Shown: piece after piece, positions 6,483 to 13,442 of the stretch
Layout: each line of letters begins with the position of its first letter
Numbering within the stretch: position 1 is the stretch's first letter
Assembly (NCBI GenBank): GCA_041288095.1
Contig: JBGGMJ010000204.1
Location: forward strand, 1 to 18,248
Direction of reading: 5' to 3'
Origin: Myxococcota bacterium
GTDB taxonomy: Bacteria; Myxococcota; XYA12-FULL-58-9; JALHOP01
Length of the DNA stretch: 18,248 bases
The notes under the pieces: model-generated
Database searches by the model: none
What the model was told of the DNA's origin: nothing
Seen by the model: the letters and a program-made list of their open reading frames with translations, nothing else
Position numbers and translations under genes: made by a program

Positions 6483-7139
6483 TCACGCGGCGCAAATCGA
6501 ATGAGAGAACCGCTCCCGCGCCGGCCGGCGCGACGGCTGGCCCTTGATCCAGAAGCGTAGAAAGTCGACGCCCCGAGGCTCCTCGCGCTCGAGCACGTAC
6601 TCGACCGGCATCGCGCCTCCGAAGCCGTGATACGTCACGACCCGCGTGCCGACGGCGCTAGCGCGCAAACAGCGCTCGACGAAGTAGACATCGCGCATGT
6701 ACCGCTTGGTCGACAGCTCGACCGTCCCGTCGAGCTGTGCGCCCGCAGAGAAGTTGTTCTCATCGAACGGGTTGTAAAAGTAGAACGCATCACAGTCCCG
6801 CCAGGGAGCGACCTCCATCGACCCCAGCAGCATGAGAACGTTGCGCAGCGCGCAGGCGCGCGCCGCCTGCTGCGCCACCGCGACCAGGTGCGGTCGGTGC
6901 TCGATGCCGACAAACGTCATCTCGGGAGCCACCGCCGCGCCCACCAGACAGAACTTCCCGACACCCGCGCCGACGTCGAGCACCCGCCTGCAGCCGCCTT
7001 CGGCCATCCAGAGGGCTGCTTTGCGAGCAACGTCGACCGGCGTCCAGTAGACGTCCGAGACCTCGCGAATGGACGCGGGATAGATGTGGTCGAAGTCGCG
7101 ATCGTCGAGAGGCTCGCCGGCGCGAAGATGGTCGAGCAC
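6483..7139 (-). CDS. Class I SAM-dependent methyltransferase, substrate unknown
   Basis: VLDVGAGVGKF motif I, FVGIE, FYFYNPF; starts 9 bp after the pckG stop. Confidence 0.85.
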   Translation of the reverse strand: MLDHLRAGEPLDDRDFDHIYPASIREVSDVYWTPVDVARKAALWMAEGGCRRVLDVGAGVGKFCLVGAAVAPEMTFVGIEHRPHLVAVAQQAARACALRNVLMLLGSMEVAPWRDCDAFYFYNPFDENNFSAGAQLDGTVELSTKRYMRDVYFVERCLRASAVGTRVVTYHGFGGAMPVEYVLEREEPRGVDFLRFWIKGQPSRRPARERFSHSICAA

Positions 7140-7148
7140 GTGTCCTCC

Positions 7149-8948
7149 CTAGCCCCGGTGACCAGTGGTGTAGATCGGCTTCTCGCGAGCCTGTTGCGTC
7201 GCCGCCGTCAGGCGCTGGACCAACTGATCGTGCTCTTTATGGAGCGCCGCCGGCAGTGCCGCGCCGAAGCCCGCGAGGAAGGTCCAACCGCGCGCAGCCT
7301 CTTCCACCCAGCTGCCCGCGTCCACCGCAAAGAGCTCCTCGATGCCCGCCGCGGAGAGGCCGAGGCCGCGCATATCCACAGCCTCGGCGGTGGGGACGAA
7401 ACCGAGCGGGCTCATGCGAGCCTTGGCCCGGCCATGGAGCCGGCCGACGATCCAATCGAGCACGCGAATGTTGTCGCCGTAGCCCGGCCACAAGAAACGG
7501 CCGTCGCTGCCCTTGCGAAACCAGTTGACGTGGAAAATCTTCGGAGGACGCGTCAGGCGGCGGCCGATGTTCAGCCAGTGACCGAAGTACTCGCCCATGT
7601 TGTAACCACAGAACGGCAGCATCGCCATGGGGTCGTGGCGCGGCACACCGACCGCGCCGGTCGCCGCGGCGGTCGTCTCCGACACCATCGTGGCGCCGAC
7701 ATAAACCCCGTGCTGCCAGCTCAGAGCCTCGTAGACCAGCGGTGTAAGGCGAGCACGGCGTCCGCCGAACACGATGGCGGAGATCGGGACCCCGCGTGGC
7801 GCCTCGTGGCTCGCACCCGCGCTCGGACACTGGCGCAGCGCGACGGTGAAGCGTGCGTTGGGATGCGCGGCAGGCTCGGCCGAGCCCGGGCGCCAGGCGC
7901 GGCCCTGCCAGTCGGTCAAGACCTCGTCGGCCGCGAGCTCCCGATAGCCCTCCCACCACGGCGTTCGGTCGGCGCCCAGCGCGACGTTCGTGAAGATGAC
8001 ATCGTGAGTGAGCGAGCCGATGGCGTTGGGGTTGGTCTTGATGCTCGTCCCCGGGGCCACGCCGAACATCCCCGCCTCCGGATTGATCGCCCAGAGTCGA
8101 CCATCGGTGCCGACGTGCAACCACGCGATGTCGTCCCCCACGGTCTCGACTCTCCACCCTGGCAGCGTCGGCACCAGCATGGCGAGGTTCGTCTTGCCGC
8201 AGGCGCTGGGAAACGCGGCCGCTATGTAGTGGGTCTCGCCGGCTGGACTGGTCAGGCCGACGATCAGCATGTGCTCGGCCAGCCAGCCCTCATCGCGGGC
8301 CTGCACACTCGCGATGCGCAACGCGTGACACTTCTTGCTCAGGAGGGCGTTGCCCCCATAGCCCGAGCCGATGCTCCAGATGGTTCGCGTCGCGGGGAAA
8401 TGAACCACGAAGCGGCGCTCCGGTGAGAGGTCTCCCAAGCTGTGCACGCCGAGCACGACGGCGTCAGGGTCGGTGAGGTGCCGCAAGGCGATGTCGCCCA
8501 TGCGGGTCATCAGCCGCAGATTCGCGACGACGTAGGGACTGTCGGTGATCTGAATGCCGACCCGCGAGTACGGTGAGTCCGCCGGTCCCATGAGATACGG
8601 CACGATGTAGAGCGTGCGGTCGCGCATCGCGCCCGCGAACAGCGGCCAGATCTGGGCTTGCGCCTGCTCCACCGACATCCAGTTGTTGGTGGGCCCGGTC
8701 TCTCTCGCGCTCTCGCCGCAGATGAAGGTCAGGTGCTCGGTGCGCGCCACGTCGCTGGGGTGCGAGCGGTGAAGATAGCTCGCGGGAAACGCGTCGGCGT
8801 CGAGCGCGATGAGCGTCTTGTCCGCCAGCATCGCCTCGGCGAGCTCGGCGCTCTCCTGCTCCGAGCCGCTGCACCAATGGAAACGACGAGCACCCGTGTG
8901 TGCCGCGACCTCGTCTACCCATGTCCTAATCTTCGCCGGCCAATTCAC
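7149..8948 (-). CDS. pckG: Phosphoenolpyruvate carboxykinase (GTP)
   Basis: DVARTE, GSGYGGNALL.KKC.ALRIAS, WLAEHM, AFPSACGKTNLAM, VGDDIAW, AHPNARF, DPMAMLPFCGYN, VNWFRK, WPGYGDN; 599 aa. Confidence 0.97.
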   Translation of the reverse strand: MNWPAKIRTWVDEVAAHTGARRFHWCSGSEQESAELAEAMLADKTLIALDADAFPASYLHRSHPSDVARTEHLTFICGESARETGPTNNWMSVEQAQAQIWPLFAGAMRDRTLYIVPYLMGPADSPYSRVGIQITDSPYVVANLRLMTRMGDIALRHLTDPDAVVLGVHSLGDLSPERRFVVHFPATRTIWSIGSGYGGNALLSKKCHALRIASVQARDEGWLAEHMLIVGLTSPAGETHYIAAAFPSACGKTNLAMLVPTLPGWRVETVGDDIAWLHVGTDGRLWAINPEAGMFGVAPGTSIKTNPNAIGSLTHDVIFTNVALGADRTPWWEGYRELAADEVLTDWQGRAWRPGSAEPAAHPNARFTVALRQCPSAGASHEAPRGVPISAIVFGGRRARLTPLVYEALSWQHGVYVGATMVSETTAAATGAVGVPRHDPMAMLPFCGYNMGEYFGHWLNIGRRLTRPPKIFHVNWFRKGSDGRFLWPGYGDNIRVLDWIVGRLHGRAKARMSPLGFVPTAEAVDMRGLGLSAAGIEELFAVDAGSWVEEAARGWTFLAGFGAALPAALHKEHDQLVQRLTAATQQAREKPIYTTGHRG

Positions 8949-8966
8949 CTTGCGCGCTCCCGATGA

Positions 8967-9386
8967 TCAGACCAAGAACAACAAACGCCAGCACGACTCG
9001 CAGCGCAGCGGCGCGCGATCGACGCTCGCCTCACGGACCGCCGCGGGCGACAGGTCTCCATTGCAACCGGGGCATCTGGGCTTCGACGTCCTCGCCACCC
9101 ATGGCGGCGGCACGCCCGCATCCTTGAGACGCTCGTACGGCCGCAGCACCGTCCGCGGCAAGAGCAGCGCCACGCTCCGACGCTCCTCCTCGAGCTCGCG
9201 AATGCGGCTCTCCGTCAGCGGCAAAGCGCGACGCGCCTGCGCGGCATTGTCATCAGCGAGACGCAGACCGACGCCGCCTCGCAGCGACTCAGCGAGAACA
9301 CGCTGCTGCTGCAGCACGGCGAGCTGGAGGTCGAGCTCCTGCAAGACGAACAAATAGGTCCACTGCGTCGCGAGCGTGCTGCTCAT
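8967..9386 (-). CDS. Shortened coiled-coil + C4 zinc-ribbon protein (DUF164 / CdsZ / FlgZ-like)
   Basis: N-terminal LFVLQELDLQL, L..YERLK, CPGC...CESCWRLLF at the C-terminus; only 139 aa. Confidence 0.7.
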   Translation of the reverse strand: MSSTLATQWTYLFVLQELDLQLAVLQQQRVLAESLRGGVGLRLADDNAAQARRALPLTESRIRELEEERRSVALLLPRTVLRPYERLKDAGVPPPWVARTSKPRCPGCNGDLSPAAVREASVDRAPLRCESCWRLLFLV

Positions 9387-9400
9387 ACGCAGCGACGCAG

Positions 9401-9416
9401 AGCACCGCGCGTGCCA
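9401..9416 (-). promoter_or_regulatory. sigma54 (-24/-12) promoter
   Basis: Minus strand TGGCAC-GCGCG-GTGCT, exact GG-N10-GC spacing, 14 bp upstream of the ATG at 9386. Confidence 0.7.
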
Positions 9417-9482
9417 AGCGTCGCGTCAGCGTCGCACGAGCCCTGGACACACTGTGCGCGCGGCGCTCGCCGGTCGACCGTG

Positions 9483-10886
9483 CTATTTCAGCACGACGAC
9501 GTGCGGTTTCGGCAGCCGAGCCTTGCGCTCCTCGCGCTCGTACTGCTCGAGCTTGGTGTAGAGGGTCCGCAGGCCCATGCCGAGGGCTCGCGCCGCCTCG
9601 GCCTTGGTGGCGTAGCGATCGACGTAGTGCTGGATGACGACCTTCTCGATCTCCGGCAGCGGCGTGCCGACGGCGATCCGCAGCTCGCCCGGCGGCGTCT
9701 CGCCTGAACGCCTGAGCGCGCCTGCGTCCGCGAGACCGTCGATGGTCTCGAGCCCGAGGGTCTCACTGGACGACAAGACGGCGGCGCTCTCGATGGCGTT
9801 CTTGAGCTCGCGAACGTTGCCGGGCCAGTCGTGCTCCATCAGCAGCTTCAACGCCGCTGGAGCGATGCCTTTGATCTTCTGATCATTGCGGCGGTTGAAG
9901 TCGGCGATGAAGTGCTCGATGAGCGACGGGATGTCCTCGCGCCGCTCGCGCAAGGGCGGAATCACCAAGGTGACCACCTTCAGCCGATAGTACAGATCCT
10001 CTCTGAAGCGACCGGCGGCGATCGCTTCGTGAAGGTTCCTGTTGGTGGCGGCGATGACGCTCAAGTCCACCTTGACCTTGTCGCTGCCGCCGACCCGACG
10101 AAAAGCGTTGCGCTCGAGAACGCGCAGGAGCTTTGCCTGGGTCGCCAGGTCCATCTCGGCGATCTCGTCGAGAAACAAGGTGCCGCCGTCGGCGAGCTCG
10201 AACAGGCCCTTCTTGCGCTCGTTGGCGCCAGTGAACGCGCCACGCTCGTGACCGAAGAGCTCGTTCTCGAGCAGGTCACGGCCGAGCGTCGCGCAGTTGA
10301 TCGGCACGAAGAGGTGGTTGCGGCGTGGCCCGCGGGCGTGCAGCACACGGGCGATGAGCTCCTTGCCGGTGCCGCTCTCGCCGAGCAGGAGCACGTTGGT
10401 TTTGAAGCGCGAGACCTTCTCGATGGCGGTGTAGAGCGCTCGCAGCATGGGCGACGAGCCAATGAGCCCGAGATACTCGGGTGCCGGTGTGCCGGGCGGC
10501 TTCGGGCTTTCGCCTGAGGGACGCTCGAGCACACGCCGCAGTCGCAGACTGAGGACTCCGGCTTGGGCTGGCGCCGGCACGAAGTCAGCAGCTCCTTGCT
10601 GCATGACCTCGACGGCCTCTTCGACCGTGGCCGTTGTCCCGAGAACGACGACCGGCACGACTGGGTGCCGCCGTTGACCCATGCTCACCAGGTTGCCGAT
10701 CAACGAGCGGTCGACGTTGTTCGCCACGATCATCACGGCGACCGACTCGCGCGAGAGAGTCGCGCTCACCTCGTCCTCGTTGGCACACCGGCAAGCTCGC
10801 AGTCCCGCGGCCTCGACCGCCGGTGCGATCGCGTTCGCTCCGTTGCCCGGACCGAAGACGCAGAGAGCAGCGCGCCGTCTTGGCAT
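9483..10886 (-). CDS. sigma54-dependent enhancer-binding protein (NtrC/Fis family) with degenerate receiver domain
   Basis: GESGTGKE, ENELFGHERGAFTGA, FLDEI, RFREDLYYRL, WPGNVRELKN and a C-terminal Fis HTH (KAEAARALGMGLRTLYTKL). Confidence 0.94.
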   Translation of the reverse strand: MPRRRAALCVFGPGNGANAIAPAVEAAGLRACRCANEDEVSATLSRESVAVMIVANNVDRSLIGNLVSMGQRRHPVVPVVVLGTTATVEEAVEVMQQGAADFVPAPAQAGVLSLRLRRVLERPSGESPKPPGTPAPEYLGLIGSSPMLRALYTAIEKVSRFKTNVLLLGESGTGKELIARVLHARGPRRNHLFVPINCATLGRDLLENELFGHERGAFTGANERKKGLFELADGGTLFLDEIAEMDLATQAKLLRVLERNAFRRVGGSDKVKVDLSVIAATNRNLHEAIAAGRFREDLYYRLKVVTLVIPPLRERREDIPSLIEHFIADFNRRNDQKIKGIAPAALKLLMEHDWPGNVRELKNAIESAAVLSSSETLGLETIDGLADAGALRRSGETPPGELRIAVGTPLPEIEKVVIQHYVDRYATKAEAARALGMGLRTLYTKLEQYEREERKARLPKPHVVVLK

Positions 10887-10892
10887 GCACGC

Positions 10893-10922
10893 ATGCTAAA
10901 TCGGCAGGGCGCGAGCTGTCGA
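10893..10922 (-). promoter_or_regulatory. Putative leaderless sigma70 promoter of the activator gene
   Basis: Minus strand TCGACA-18 bp-TAGCAT-6 nt-ATG. Confidence 0.45.
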
Positions 10923-10968
10923 GACACGGTGGGTGGCTCGCCCTCCCATTGACGGAGAATGACGCATC

Positions 10969-11901
10969 ATGTCATTTAGTCATCGAGATGCTCGCACCTT
11001 CAGGTGGGCGGCGCTCGATATCGTGGCGATGGCAATGTTTGAAGAACTTCCTCCGGCGCGGTTTCCCACTGATTTCCCCGAGATCATCGATGCCGGGGGC
11101 CTCGGCAAGGGAAAGCCCTTGGGAGGGTTTGGTGGTGATTCGGCCCTCGATCGCGAAGGGCACCGCGCGGCCGTCCGGCGTAACCCGGTCATTCTCGTGC
11201 ACGGCAACGGCGGGAGCTCACAGCACGCGACCTGGGGCATGGAGACGCTGCGCGACCGGCTCAAAGGCGCGGGCTATCGTGACTGCGAGATCTGGGCGCT
11301 CGATTACCTCGGGCGCGGCAACACCTCCGCGTCACTCCCGAATCCAATCTCCGAGAACGTCGATGACCTGCGCCACTTCGTCGACCAGGTGCGGGCCTAC
11401 CTGGGCGTCGACAAGGTCGACATCATCGGCCACTCCCTGGGCGCGAGCCTCGGGCGCGGCTACCTCACGGGCCTGCAGAGCAACGGCACCTTCGACCCGG
11501 CGCAGCGCCGTTTCGATGCGGTCGGCACCCTGATCGTCTTGGGCGCCGCCAACTACGGCTTGGGCAAGACCGCGCCGGGCGAGTTTCGCACCGGTTCGCC
11601 CGTCGAGGCGGGCTTGCACAAGGTCGACGACGTCGTCGACGACACGCCCTACGGATCGACCACTCCCCCGCCACCGCTCAACGAAGTCACGGCGCTGGAC
11701 AACAACGCGATCACCTACGGCGCTTTTCTCGCGACTGGCGACTTCTGCGAAAAGCAGCTCGAGGGAACCGGGCGCTTGAGCGGCGCGGATGTGAATCGCG
11801 CTTTCGACTTCGAAGGCGAGCCACTGAAACGGCACGAGCTGTTGATCAAGGACGAAGGCGTCTTTCAAGCCATGTTGCCGCTGTTGAATCAGAAGCGGTA
11901 G
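10969..11901 (+). CDS. Alpha/beta hydrolase, Lipase_2 / PhaZ7-like (start may be 11029)
   Basis: PVILVHGNG oxyanion motif and VDIIGHSLG nucleophile elbow; GGFGG and GY.DCEI....YL segments; C-terminal Asp/His candidates. Confidence 0.85.
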   Translation: MSFSHRDARTFRWAALDIVAMAMFEELPPARFPTDFPEIIDAGGLGKGKPLGGFGGDSALDREGHRAAVRRNPVILVHGNGGSSQHATWGMETLRDRLKGAGYRDCEIWALDYLGRGNTSASLPNPISENVDDLRHFVDQVRAYLGVDKVDIIGHSLGASLGRGYLTGLQSNGTFDPAQRRFDAVGTLIVLGAANYGLGKTAPGEFRTGSPVEAGLHKVDDVVDDTPYGSTTPPPPLNEVTALDNNAITYGAFLATGDFCEKQLEGTGRLSGADVNRAFDFEGEPLKRHELLIKDEGVFQAMLPLLNQKR

Positions 11902-11928
11902 CTTCCTCGCGGCCGCCGGACAGCGCCG

Positions 11929-13419
11929 TCACCAGCACACCTCCAGCACGAACGCGTCCGCGCCGCCCTTTTCGGGGAGGACCCCGCCGCCGAAATCGAC
12001 ATCGGCGTCGGTTCTGCCGGTCACCTCGAGGCAGCTCGTTCCGGCTAGGGCAACGCCGTAGGCAAAGTCATACGCGGTGCCACCGAAGGACCAGCCGCGG
12101 AGCGGAGCACCCTCGAGATCCATGGCCAAGATGGCGACGTCTTGCAGCGAGCCGTTGCTGACGAGCTGACTGGCGCCGAAATCGAGGGTCAATGCGAAAT
12201 ATCCCACGAGCCAGAGGATGACATCGGCGTCGACGACGATGTCGACCATGTGGTCGGCGACGGCGCCGCCAATCGGCAGCGACCACCGGTGCGTCCCGGT
12301 GGGCGTGAAGCTCGCGATGAAGGCGTCGGTGTTACCGGCGTTGCCGAGCGCACCGCCTCCGAGATCCAGCGAGCCGATGAAGTCGCCGGCGAGATAGACG
12401 TTGCCGGCCGTGTCGGTCGCCAGAGCCGTCGCGCTCGCTGAGTTGTCGGGGCTAAAGCCTCCGCACCAGTCATCGGCGCCCAGTGCGTCGAGGGCCACCA
12501 GGAAAATGTCGCGGCCGGTGGGCCCAGGCGTGAGCGTGCCGCCGTCACAGGCGAGCGGTCCGGTGAAGGCGCCACTCATGAAGACGTCGCCGTCGGTGCT
12601 GACCGCGATAGCGGCCACGTAGTCGTTCGTCGTGCTACCGAGCGCCCTCGCCCAGACGAACGCGCCACCGGCGTCGAAGCGTACGGCCACCGCATCGTTC
12701 ATGCCGTTGTAATCGACGAGACCACCACCGAAGTCGGTCGCACCCGCGATGGTGGCGGCAATCGCCACATCGCCGGCGGGTCCGAGAGCCAGGCCTTGGC
12801 CGGTGCTGCTCACACCAGCGCTGCCATAGACCGCGGACGATAGGCAGGCTCCCGCCGCGGTCAAGCGCGCCACCAAGACGTCGCGGCTGCCAATCTCGCC
12901 GGTTGCGCCGCAGCCGAGGTCGACGCTGCTCGAAACCGAGCCAACGATGGTCACGGTGCCGCCCCCGTCGACGACGACCCCGCGTCCCTCGTCGTCACCA
13001 GCGCTGCCGAAGGTCTTCACCCAACGTAGAGCTCCGGCCGCATCGAGGCTCGCCACGAAGCCGTCGGCGCCCCCGCCGCTCGTGCGTGGGCCATCGCCGA
13101 AATCCACCGTGGCCGAAAAAGAGCCGGTGATGAAGACGGTGCCCGTGTCGTCGGTGGCGACGCTCCAGCTTTGATCGGCCCCGGTGCCACCGAAGCGCTG
13201 TGCACCGTCGTAGCTGGTCGAAGCGATGATCGTCGGATCGACGTTCCGGTTCGTGGTCGGACCGCCGTCCCCGGGAAGGTCGGAATCGCCGTCCACGAAA
13301 GCGCACAGCGGTGTGCCGTCACCGGGTCGGCACGCCAGCTGCTCGAAACCCGACCGCCCGCAGCCGGTGGCCACCACCAACATCAGCCACGGGGGAGCAC
13401 CGCGCCTGCCTAGGGACAT
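11929..13419 (-). CDS. Beta-propeller repeat (SBBP-like) lipoprotein
   Basis: Lipobox VATGC followed by GRSGFE; about seven ~60-aa repeats of (A/V)TD..G.V...G.F...VDFG.G.....G..D.FVA..D..G...W...FG. Confidence 0.85.
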   Translation of the reverse strand: MSLGRRGAPPWLMLVVATGCGRSGFEQLACRPGDGTPLCAFVDGDSDLPGDGGPTTNRNVDPTIIASTSYDGAQRFGGTGADQSWSVATDDTGTVFITGSFSATVDFGDGPRTSGGGADGFVASLDAAGALRWVKTFGSAGDDEGRGVVVDGGGTVTIVGSVSSSVDLGCGATGEIGSRDVLVARLTAAGACLSSAVYGSAGVSSTGQGLALGPAGDVAIAATIAGATDFGGGLVDYNGMNDAVAVRFDAGGAFVWARALGSTTNDYVAAIAVSTDGDVFMSGAFTGPLACDGGTLTPGPTGRDIFLVALDALGADDWCGGFSPDNSASATALATDTAGNVYLAGDFIGSLDLGGGALGNAGNTDAFIASFTPTGTHRWSLPIGGAVADHMVDIVVDADVILWLVGYFALTLDFGASQLVSNGSLQDVAILAMDLEGAPLRGWSFGGTAYDFAYGVALAGTSCLEVTGRTDADVDFGGGVLPEKGGADAFVLEVCW

Positions 13420-13442
13420 CGTCAAAGGAGAGTATCAGATCG

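Noticed and set aside
6627..8426. 599-aa plus-strand ORF
   Set aside because: Antisense shadow of pckG and the methyltransferase in high-GC DNA; no recognisable motifs.
10881..10896. sigma54 promoter for the hydrolase gene (TGGCATGCACGCATGC)
   Set aside because: GG to GC spacing is 11 rather than the required 10.
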